A stretch of 20,000 nucleotides of DNA from Deltaproteobacteria bacterium (GTDB taxonomy: Bacteria; JAGRBM01; JAHCIT01): contig JAHCIT010000010.1 of NCBI GenBank assembly GCA_026129095.1, forward strand, positions 114,200-134,199, written 5' to 3'. This document shows positions 8,658 through 16,096 of this stretch, piece by piece. The notes beneath the pieces are model-generated. The model saw only the letters and a program-made list of their open reading frames with translations, searched no databases and was not told the origin of the DNA. Each line of letters begins with the position of its first letter. Within the stretch, counting starts at the first letter, position 1. The translations under genes and the position numbers were made by a program.

Positions 8658-8822
8658 ATGTTTCCCGTCGAGGAAAAAGTCCGCCAGCAGAAGCTCAAAT
8701 GGGCGCGGCTTGCCGCAGACCGGCTGGCCTGCGAATCGGTCTGCCGGTTCCTGCTGAACCTGAACCGCGGCGAAGCGTGCGAACGTGCCCGCTACCTGCA
8801 CGCCATCCCTGGCGGCAGGTAG
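8658..8822 (+). CDS. Small hypothetical Cys-containing protein (54 aa)
   Basis: MFPVEEKVRQQKLKWARLAADRLACESVCRFLLNLNRGEACERARYLHAIPGGR. It fills the gap between cyaY and the convergent crotonase, has mostly G/C third positions and an apparent promoter. Confidence 0.55.
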   Translation: MFPVEEKVRQQKLKWARLAADRLACESVCRFLLNLNRGEACERARYLHAIPGGR

Positions 8823-8836
8823 TTCTTTCCGTATCC

Positions 8837-9568
8837 CTACTTCAGGTTCGCAAATGGCCCGGTGGAGAGGAAACCGGAGACTTCCTCGGCGGCCCGGGCG
8901 TTGGCGATGTCTACCGGCGGTTTTCGAAGCCTGAGCTTGGTGGCGATGTAGGCGGCGGGGATCAGCTTCGACAGTTCTTTGGCCTTTTCCATCGCCTTCG
9001 GCATGAGGTCATCCGCCGAGGCCACGAGTTCCTGCGTCACTTCCCGGCGGTGGGTTTCCTTCGGGGGCATCACGCGGGCGTGCACCATCATGTCCATGTG
9101 GTAGCGGTGGGGGATCGTCTGTGCACAGGTGGCGACAACCCATGAAGGCAGCGGCAGGCCGATGGCCGTCTCGTTCAGGCCGTATTTATGCGCGTCGTTG
9201 TCCACGGCGATGCGGACATCGCCCATGAGATAGAGCACCATGCCGCCCGCGAGTGCGTGCCCGTTCGAGGCGCAGATCACCGGCGCCGGGAATAGAAATA
9301 CCCGCTGCATCAGCACGGGGAAGGCAGCAAGGGTTTTTGTCAGCTCATCCTTTTTCAGCATCGGCAGGGCCTTGAGGTCCAGCCCGCCGGAGAAGAATTT
9401 TTCCCGGCCGGTGATGATGAGGGCGGAGACCTTGTCGGCTTCGGCGCGATCCAGCGCCTTGCCGAGCTGGTCAAACAGCTCGCCCTGCATGGCATTGGCC
9501 TTGCCGTCATCGAGGCGGATGATGCCGATACGGCCGTCGAGGGAGTAGTGGACACGGTCAGTCGTCAT
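8837..9568 (-). CDS. Crotonase-family enoyl-CoA hydratase/isomerase (Delta3,Delta2-enoyl-CoA isomerase-like)
   Basis: LDDGKANA, FFSGGLDL, NGHALAGG, YGLNETAIG. ATG at 9568 gives 243 aa. Confidence 0.9.
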   Translation of the reverse strand: MTTDRVHYSLDGRIGIIRLDDGKANAMQGELFDQLGKALDRAEADKVSALIITGREKFFSGGLDLKALPMLKKDELTKTLAAFPVLMQRVFLFPAPVICASNGHALAGGMVLYLMGDVRIAVDNDAHKYGLNETAIGLPLPSWVVATCAQTIPHRYHMDMMVHARVMPPKETHRREVTQELVASADDLMPKAMEKAKELSKLIPAAYIATKLRLRKPPVDIANARAAEEVSGFLSTGPFANLK

Positions 9569-9604
9569 GATTCGGGCCTCCGGTGGAGCTGGTGGCAGTG
9601 ACCT

Positions 9605-9645
9605 AAAACGGAACCCCGGTGCTCGATGCCGAGAACCGGGGTTCC
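9605..9645 (-). terminator. Hairpin / intrinsic terminator between SDR and crotonase
   Basis: GGAACCCCGGT (9610-9620) / ACCGGGGTTCC (9635-9645) perfect 11-bp stem plus an inner CTCG/CGAG pairing, followed by GTTTT on the minus strand. Confidence 0.7.
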
Positions 9646-9671
9646 AGTCAGGACCATCCCAGAAGCAGGGT

Positions 9672-10580
9672 CTACTTCTTGGACAGGTTGGCCATGACGG
9701 CCATGGTCGATTCCTGGATCGTCCGGCACATCTTGGCGTTGGTGAAGTCGGTGATCTTGGAGAAGTTCTCCTTGATCGCATCGTAGGTGATCGGCTCGGT
9801 GATCTTCAGTCCCAGGCCGGGGCTGCGGTACCAGGCGATCTTCGTGAAGAAGCCGCCACCGACCTCGAAGATGCCGCCGGTTTCCTTGCACTCTTCCGAG
9901 CACAGGTAGGCCACCAGCGGGGAGACGAACTCCGGCTTGAGGTTCTCCAGCATGGGAGGAGGCATGACGGTTTCGGTCAGGCGCGAGCGGGCGATCGGGG
10001 CGATCACATTCACGTTGATGTTGTTCTTCTTGCCTTCGTGGGCGAGCGTCTGCCCCAGACCCAACAGGCCCATCTTGGCTGCCGAGTAGTTGGCTTGGCC
10101 GAAGTTGCCGTAAATACCGGCGGCCGAGGCGGTCATGATGATACGGCCGTAGTTCTGGTCCTTCAGGCGGGGCCAGGCGGCCTTGGTGACGTAGTACGCG
10201 CCCGTCAGGTGCACGCCGATGATGGCCAGCCAGTCGTCGTCGGTCATCTTGCCGAACGAGACGTCGCGCAGGAAGCCTGCGTTGTTGATGACGATATCGA
10301 CCTTGCCGAAGGCATCGACGGCGCTTTTCACGACCGCTTCGCCGCCCTCATGGGTGGAGATGGTGTCGTAGTTCGCAACGGCCTCGCCGCCCTTGGCCTT
10401 GATCTCGTCGACAACCTTCTGGGCCGAGGTCTTGTCGGCACCTTCGCCCTTCAGCGAGCCGCCGAGGTCATTCACGACGACCTTGGCGCCCAGCGACGAG
10501 AGCGTGAGCGAGTGGGAGCGGCCCAGCGCACCGCCGCCTCCGGTGACAATGGCTACCCTGCCTTCAAGTGGCTTACCCAT
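9672..10580 (-). CDS. SDR, MFE-2/HSD17B4-type 3-hydroxyacyl-CoA dehydrogenase-like
   Basis: VTGGGGALGRS...GAKVVVNDLGG, GGEAVANYD, NNAGFLRDVSF, GIYGNFGQANYSAAKMG, APIARSRLT, GGIFEVGGG are typical of the MFE-2 dehydrogenase domain. Confidence 0.92.
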   Translation of the reverse strand: MGKPLEGRVAIVTGGGGALGRSHSLTLSSLGAKVVVNDLGGSLKGEGADKTSAQKVVDEIKAKGGEAVANYDTISTHEGGEAVVKSAVDAFGKVDIVINNAGFLRDVSFGKMTDDDWLAIIGVHLTGAYYVTKAAWPRLKDQNYGRIIMTASAAGIYGNFGQANYSAAKMGLLGLGQTLAHEGKKNNINVNVIAPIARSRLTETVMPPPMLENLKPEFVSPLVAYLCSEECKETGGIFEVGGGFFTKIAWYRSPGLGLKITEPITYDAIKENFSKITDFTNAKMCRTIQESTMAVMANLSKK

Positions 10581-10670
10581 GAGCGAGATTCTCCTTGGCT
10601 TTCCGTGGGATATGGACCCTGCCTGGCCTCCGGCCCCTGCCGGTTGACTGGCGAGTCAAACTAGCGCCCG

Positions 10671-10699
10671 TTTCTAATGAAGGGGGCGGGGCATGTCAA
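10671..10699 (-). promoter_or_regulatory. Putative sigma70 promoter of the SDR gene
   Basis: TTGACA-N17-TAGAAA on the minus strand, with a consensus -35 box. Confidence 0.55.
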
Positions 10700-10715
10700 C
10701 CGGATTTTTTGAGGC

Positions 10716-11351
10716 CTAGAACTCCCATCCCGCACCCCGGTGGCGGCCGACGGTCTTTCCCGTTTCGTCCACCAGGTCCACATGGAGGAGCCCCTTCTGC
10801 CCCTTGAGGCGGGGGTAGGCTTTCTCCAGTTCGGCCCGGAGTTCATCCACCACGGGGGTGAAGGGGACCGACTGGGTGCTGGTACCCCGGACCGGCTGTA
10901 TCCGGGCAGCAAAGCCGCCGCCCGTGGTCTCCTCCAGCGAGACGAGCACCCAGGGTTTGCCTTCGATAGCCGCCCGGCGGAGGATATGAAGCTGGGTGTT
11001 CAGGAGCAGTGAACTGCCGGTCGCGGCTGCCGTGGGCGAAAGGGCACCGGGTGCCGGTGCCACGGCCGGTTCGGTGGAGAGGGACGCGCCTTCGGGCAAC
11101 GGCTCCGTGACGGGTTCGGCGGACTCGGCTACTTCGCTGCCGGCCGTACCGTCCGTGGCTGCATCGGCTGGTGCATCCTTTTTATTGCCGGTGACGACAT
11201 TCTTGGCCTTCTCCACCAGCTTTTCGGTATCAACCCGCCCGGCAATGGGCTCCTTGGACCCTCCCGGTTTCCCCTGCCATGAAGTCTGGCTGCCGCAGGC
11301 GGCGAGCATCAGGAGCATTAGTGGCAGGGCCATATGCTTAAACCGGTTCAT
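10716..11351 (-). CDS. Hypothetical lipoprotein
   Basis: Signal peptide with lipobox LAAC (Cys19), a low-complexity Ala/Pro/Glu linker and a roughly 95-aa C-terminal domain. ATGA overlap with the upstream gene. Confidence 0.75.
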   Translation of the reverse strand: MNRFKHMALPLMLLMLAACGSQTSWQGKPGGSKEPIAGRVDTEKLVEKAKNVVTGNKKDAPADAATDGTAGSEVAESAEPVTEPLPEGASLSTEPAVAPAPGALSPTAAATGSSLLLNTQLHILRRAAIEGKPWVLVSLEETTGGGFAARIQPVRGTSTQSVPFTPVVDELRAELEKAYPRLKGQKGLLHVDLVDETGKTVGRHRGAGWEF

Positions 11352-12073
11352 GGGGACAACCTCCAGTTCGTGCCGTACAGAAAGCCGCTTACCTCGGGCT
11401 TGATGGCGGGCCAGTTATTCGCTTCGAGATAGCCTTCCGTGAACCGGGAGCCGAAGCCAAAAGCCATGAAAACGTCCCGGCGTTCACCTGAAACCGGATA
11501 ACTGACCCGGAGCAGTCCGTCGAGTGCCAGTTCATGGTGTGGCAGCAGCGTATAGGTTTTGGGGACAAGAAACCGTTTCGAGGCGAAACCGGCTCCCAGC
11601 TTTTCCAGGGACTTGCGGACGGGGCGGACGTGGTTTTCCGGGCCGATCCAGGACCGGGTTCTGACGCTGAACTCGTACCAGTCGGTGCGGAATAGTGGGG
11701 AGGTCTGGTAATCGATCTGCCGCCAGCCTTCCGGTATCCGGTCACCGTCGAAAGCCACCGTTTCCTTCCGGCCGAAGGCCGTGCTCAGGCAATCCAGTTC
11801 GCTGACGAGAAACTCCTGGAGGAACCGGGTGGACGGCGGGGCCGGTTCACTGCCGGGAAGCCTGCCTGCGGCCAGTACCACAACGGCATGATAGACCGGC
11901 AGGCGGGGATCGAAACAACCGCTTATACCGTCCGCCCCGGCGGCGGGCCAGATCACGGCATGACCGGTGTGAGGCTCGGTGGCGGGTTCCGGGTGCCATG
12001 ACTTGCCGCGGGACGGGATGTCGAACGGCAGCGCGGCCGGTTTGGAGTTCCGGAAGAAGTCGAAGAGTCCCAT
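11348..12073 (-). CDS. Hypothetical protein (241 aa)
   Basis: ATG 12073 (MGLFDFFRNSK) lies 34 nt after the dapB stop. Globular-looking sequence. Its stop overlaps the lipoprotein start (ATGA). Confidence 0.7.
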   Translation of the reverse strand: MGLFDFFRNSKPAALPFDIPSRGKSWHPEPATEPHTGHAVIWPAAGADGISGCFDPRLPVYHAVVVLAAGRLPGSEPAPPSTRFLQEFLVSELDCLSTAFGRKETVAFDGDRIPEGWRQIDYQTSPLFRTDWYEFSVRTRSWIGPENHVRPVRKSLEKLGAGFASKRFLVPKTYTLLPHHELALDGLLRVSYPVSGERRDVFMAFGFGSRFTEGYLEANNWPAIKPEVSGFLYGTNWRLSP

Positions 12074-12107
12074 TTTCGGAAGTAAACCGGTGCTTCCGGG
12101 GACCGGG

Positions 12108-12920
12108 TTACCGGAGTCCCAGCACGTCGTGCATGGAGTACAGGCCGGTCTTTTTGCCCACGATCCAGCGGGCAGCCCTGACAGCGCCGGTGGCGAAGTT
12201 GTCCCGGCTTGTGGCCCGGTGGGTGATTTCGATTCGCTCGCCCATACCTGCGAAAAAGACCGTGTGGTCGCCCACGACGTCACCGCCACGGAGCGTCTGG
12301 ACGCCGATTTCGCGCCTGGTGCGTACGCCGGTGTCGCCCTGCCGGGCATAAACAAGGTCTTTGGCCATGTTGCGGCCGGTGGCCGCGCACAGCACCTCGG
12401 CGAGCTTAAGCGCCGTTCCGCTCGGTGCGTCCTTCTTCTGGTTGTGGTGCATCTCGACCACTTCGATGTCGTAGTCTTCGTCAAGCAGCCGGGCACCCTG
12501 CTCCAGCAGTTTCAGCATCACGTTCACGCCGACCGAAAAGTTTGGCGACATGACGATGGGAATTTTTCCAGATGCGGCCTTGATCTTCTTCAGGCCGTCC
12601 GCACTGAAGCCGGTAGTGCCCAGGACAAGAGCCACCCGGCGCCTCGCCAGTTCGGGGAGCAGGGCGAGCGAAGCCCCCGGCAGGGTGAAGTCGATCATGA
12701 CCTGCGCGCTTTTCAGGGCGACGGCAGGGTCGTCCGTGAGCCGGACGCCCAGTTGCGCCTTGCCGATGAGCGTGCCGGCGTCTTCACCCAGGCGCGGCGA
12801 GGACCGGTGCTCCAGCGCGCCGGCGATACTGAACGACTTTGGATCGGCTGCGAGCAGCGCGAGGTTGCGCTGCCCCATGCGTCCGGCAGCACCGGCCACG
12901 GCCACGCGGATCTTCGGCAT
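12108..12920 (-). CDS. dapB: 4-hydroxy-tetrahydrodipicolinate reductase
   Basis: GAAGRMG, IDFT, GTTG, SPNFSVGVN, EMHHNQKKDAPSGTA, RGGDVVGDH. Confidence 0.98.
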   Translation of the reverse strand: MPKIRVAVAGAAGRMGQRNLALLAADPKSFSIAGALEHRSSPRLGEDAGTLIGKAQLGVRLTDDPAVALKSAQVMIDFTLPGASLALLPELARRRVALVLGTTGFSADGLKKIKAASGKIPIVMSPNFSVGVNVMLKLLEQGARLLDEDYDIEVVEMHHNQKKDAPSGTALKLAEVLCAATGRNMAKDLVYARQGDTGVRTRREIGVQTLRGGDVVGDHTVFFAGMGERIEITHRATSRDNFATGAVRAARWIVGKKTGLYSMHDVLGLR

Positions 12921-12921
12921 C

Positions 12922-13824
12922 TTATTTGCCGCCTTTCGTTCCGAGCTTGCCCAGCTTCTTCAGTTCGGTTTTCAGCAGGTCACGGGTCGCCTTCGACGCT
13001 GGATACAGCGGGAGCCGGAGGTCCCCCGAATCGAGTCCCATCAGTTCCATGGCGGCCTTGACGGCGATGGGGTTCGTCTCGGCAAAGAGGGCCTTCGTCA
13101 GGGGGTAGATCCGGTGGTGGAGCTTGCGGGCCTGTTCGTATTTGCCCGCGAGTGCGAACTTGCACAGCTGGCTGTATTCGGCCGGAAGCACGTTCGACGA
13201 AGCGCAGATGACGCCCGTGGCGCCAAGCGACATCATCGGCAGCGTGAGCGAATCGTCCCCGGCGAGCACGGCGAACCGGCTGCCGGTGAGTGCCGTGAGC
13301 TCCGAGATATAGTCCAGCGAGCCGGAAGCGTCTTTCAGGCCCGCGATGTTCTTCACGTCGGCCAGTTTGGCCAGCGTCTGCGGCTGGATATTGATTCCCG
13401 TGCGGCCCGGGATGTTGTAGACGACGAGCGGAATCTTCACCGCCCGTGCGATGGCCCGGTAGTGCTCGACGAGACCCGCCTGGGTCGGCTTGTTGTAATA
13501 GGGCGCGATGAGCAGCGCGCAGTCGGCCCCGGCATTGGCGGCCTTGCGCGTGAGGCGGATTGCTTCCTCGGTACTGTTTGACCCTGTGCCGGCCATGACG
13601 GGTACCCGCCCCCGTGCGAACCGGATGGTCAGTTCGATCACCCGGTCGTGCTCCTCGTGGGTGAGCGTGGCGCTTTCTCCCGTGGTGCCGCAGGGTACGA
13701 GGCCAGAGACGCCGGCCCTGATCTGCCGCTCGATCTGCTGGGCAAAGCGTTTTTCGTCGATACGCCCGTCACGAAACGGAGTCACGATCGCGGCAAAGTT
13801 TCCCTCTAGTTTCAGGCGGGCCAT
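12922..13824 (-). CDS. dapA: 4-hydroxy-tetrahydrodipicolinate synthase
   Basis: AIVTPF, GTTGES, APYYNKP, YNIPGRTG, LKDASG, ETNPIAVK. Start is ATG 13824 or GTG 13836 (GTGA overlap with dapF). Confidence 0.98.
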   Translation of the reverse strand: MARLKLEGNFAAIVTPFRDGRIDEKRFAQQIERQIRAGVSGLVPCGTTGESATLTHEEHDRVIELTIRFARGRVPVMAGTGSNSTEEAIRLTRKAANAGADCALLIAPYYNKPTQAGLVEHYRAIARAVKIPLVVYNIPGRTGINIQPQTLAKLADVKNIAGLKDASGSLDYISELTALTGSRFAVLAGDDSLTLPMMSLGATGVICASSNVLPAEYSQLCKFALAGKYEQARKLHHRIYPLTKALFAETNPIAVKAAMELMGLDSGDLRLPLYPASKATRDLLKTELKKLGKLGTKGGK

Positions 13825-13832
13825 CGGTTTGG

Positions 13833-14684
13833 TCACTCCCCGTCGGGCAGTTCCAGGCTGCCCTCGAATACCGTTGTTGCCGGACCGGTCATGAACACCC
13901 GGTTCGAGCTCTCGTCCCAGCGGATCCTGAGATCACCGCCCGGAAGTTTTACTGTCACATTCCTGCCCGTGCGGCCGGTCCATGCGGCAGCAACCGCCGT
14001 GGCGCAGGCGCCGGTCCCGCAGGCGAGGGTTTCGCCCGCGCCGCGTTCCCAGACGCGGAGGCGGATCGTGCCTTTGTCCACGATCTCGGCGAATTCGGCA
14101 TTGATTCGCCTGGGGAAAAGCGGGTCATGCTCGATCTTCGGTCCCAGCGTTGTGACTGGCGCCGCTTCCACCGATTGAACGAAGCTCACGCAGTGGGGAT
14201 TCCCCATTGAGACGCAGGTGACGGTCCGTGGTTCGCCGGCAATGGTGAGCGTCCGGTCGCGGATCTCGCCATCCACGTTGACCGGGATCCTGCGGCCGTC
14301 GAGGACCGGTTCTCCCATGTCCACTTCCACCAGTCCGTCCGCGATGCGGGGGCGGATGATGCCGGCCGGAGTTTCCACGTTCAGGACCGGCTTGTCCATG
14401 ATCTTCCGGTCGCGGACGTAAAGGGCAAAACAGCGGATTCCGTTTCCGCACATCTCCACGATGGACCCGTCCTGGTTGATGATCTCCATGCGGAGGTCGG
14501 CATCCTTCGATTCCGGTTTCCGGACGATAATCATCTGGTCAAATCCGACACCGAAGTGGCGGTCGCCGATCCGCGAGGCGTTCCGGCGAAGCGCCTTGAG
14601 GCGGGCCTCGCTGAAATCCCGGGCATCGACCATCACGAAGTCGTTGCCGGTGCCGTGCATCTTGGTGAAGGGGAGCGTGGGCAT
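13833..14684 (-). CDS. dapF: Diaminopimelate epimerase
   Basis: FTKMHGTGNDF, EMCGNGIRC, SMGNPH, VWERGAGETLACGTGAC. Confidence 0.98.
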   Translation of the reverse strand: MPTLPFTKMHGTGNDFVMVDARDFSEARLKALRRNASRIGDRHFGVGFDQMIIVRKPESKDADLRMEIINQDGSIVEMCGNGIRCFALYVRDRKIMDKPVLNVETPAGIIRPRIADGLVEVDMGEPVLDGRRIPVNVDGEIRDRTLTIAGEPRTVTCVSMGNPHCVSFVQSVEAAPVTTLGPKIEHDPLFPRRINAEFAEIVDKGTIRLRVWERGAGETLACGTGACATAVAAAWTGRTGRNVTVKLPGGDLRIRWDESSNRVFMTGPATTVFEGSLELPDGE

Positions 14685-14725
14685 GGCCGCTGGCTATTGT
14701 GTAATGGCCCGGATGGGGCCGGGGC

Positions 14726-14750
14726 AAATGGGCCGCCGGGGGGCCCATTT
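14726..14750 (-). terminator. Hairpin after the lysA stop (possible weak terminator or processing site)
   Basis: AAATGGGCC / GGCCCATTT perfect 9-bp inverted repeat immediately after the lysA stop. The U-tract is short. Confidence 0.4.
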
Positions 14751-16010
14751 TCAGAACATCGAGATCGATTCGCCCCGGATCATGTCCTCAAGGGTTTCCC
14801 GCTTCCGGACGGTAATGAACTTCTCGCCACTGACCATCACTTCGGCCGGCCGTGCCCGGGTGTTGTAGTTGGAGGCCATCGTGAAGCCATAGGCCCCGGC
14901 GTCAAGGATCGCCACCAGGTCGCCCGGAGCGACCTTCGGGAACTTCCGGTCATGGGCGAAGCAGTCTCCGCTCTCGCAGACGGGGCCGACGATATCGACG
15001 GCTTTCTTCTCCGGCTTCGATTCCTTCACGGGAATGATCTCGTGCCAGGCCTCGTAGAGGCTCGGCCGGATGAGGTCGTTCATGGCGGCATCGAGAATGA
15101 CGAAATCCTTGGCTTCGCCGTGCTTGTTGTAGATCACCTGGGTGATGAGCGCACCGGCCTTGCCGACGATCCGGCGGCCGGGCTCAAGCACCAGCGTGCA
15201 GCCGATGTCTTTCAGGACATCCAGGATGGCGGCAGCGTATTCCTCAATCGAGGGCGGCTTTTCGTCCTTGTACTGGATGCCAAGGCCGCCGCCTATGTCC
15301 AGATGGGTGATCTCGATGTTCCGGGAACGGAGTTCCTCCACCACGCCGCGGATGCGCTTCATGGCGTCAACGAACGGCTGGGTGTCGGTAAGCTGGGAAC
15401 CGATATGGCAGTCGACGCCTACCACCTTCAGCCCTTTCATCCTCGCCGCCTCGCCGTAGAGCCGGAGCGCCTCCTGCACCGGGATGCCGAACTTGGCCTT
15501 CTTCATGCCGGTGGAAATGTAGGGATGGGTCTTGGGGTCAACGTCGGGGTTTACCCGGAGCGCGACGGGAGCCTTCAGATGGAGCCGTTCGGCGATCTCG
15601 TTGATCTTCTCGAGTTCCTCGGCCGACTCCACGTTCAGCATCAGGATGCCGGTCTTGATCGCGTATTCGATCTCGGAGGCCTTCTTTCCGACGCCCGAAT
15701 AGACCACCTTCTTGGGGTCCACGCCCGCCTTGAGACCACGGTAGAGCTCGCCGCTGGAAACGATATCCAGACCGCCGCCATTCTGGATGACCGTGTTCAG
15801 AACTGACAGGTTCGAGTTTGCCTTGGTGCTGAACGCGATCAGGTGCGGGACGTCCTTGAACGCCTTCTGGAACGCCTTGACGTTATCGGCGATGGTGTTC
15901 TTGCTGTAGACGTAGAACGGCGTATCCACCGTTTCCGCGATCTTGGCCAGGAGAACCTGCTCGCAGTACAGCTCGGAGTTCTTGTAGGTGAACGGGGTCG
16001 GGGAGCTCAT
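14751..16010 (-). CDS. lysA: Diaminopimelate decarboxylase
   Basis: TPFYVYS, STKANSN (PLP Lys), HPYISTG...KFG, HIGSQ, DIGGG, EPGR, GPVCESGD, GAYGFTMASNYN. Confidence 0.98.
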   Translation of the reverse strand: MSSPTPFTYKNSELYCEQVLLAKIAETVDTPFYVYSKNTIADNVKAFQKAFKDVPHLIAFSTKANSNLSVLNTVIQNGGGLDIVSSGELYRGLKAGVDPKKVVYSGVGKKASEIEYAIKTGILMLNVESAEELEKINEIAERLHLKAPVALRVNPDVDPKTHPYISTGMKKAKFGIPVQEALRLYGEAARMKGLKVVGVDCHIGSQLTDTQPFVDAMKRIRGVVEELRSRNIEITHLDIGGGLGIQYKDEKPPSIEEYAAAILDVLKDIGCTLVLEPGRRIVGKAGALITQVIYNKHGEAKDFVILDAAMNDLIRPSLYEAWHEIIPVKESKPEKKAVDIVGPVCESGDCFAHDRKFPKVAPGDLVAILDAGAYGFTMASNYNTRARPAEVMVSGEKFITVRKRETLEDMIRGESISMF

Positions 16011-16096
16011 CGGCGGGACTTGTCCTTATTCCGGCGCACGTTCCGGTTCACGGACCGGCCGGGGCGCGCTCTCATTACAGAACGGATGCCGGGATT

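Noticed and set aside
9569..9781. N-terminal extension of the crotonase to 314 aa in the ORF track
   Set aside because: It overlaps the SDR 3' end and the terminator hairpin. Family similarity begins at MTTDRV (9568).
9567..10664. 365-aa plus-strand ORF, and similar ones at 11979-13061, 12550-13581 and 14556-15806
   Set aside because: They lie antisense to well-supported enzyme genes and show no recognisable domains.
10716..11351. Lipoprotein as an LptM/YifL/LppL homologue (the cyaY-lptM-lysA-dapF neighbourhood of Proteobacteria)
   Set aside because: It lacks the CGxKGxLYxP motif after the lipid-anchored Cys, is much longer, and is not adjacent to lysA or cyaY.
12074..12496. N-terminal extension of the hypothetical protein to 382 aa
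   Set aside because: It overlaps dapB in another frame. ATG 12073 just after the dapB stop is more plausible.
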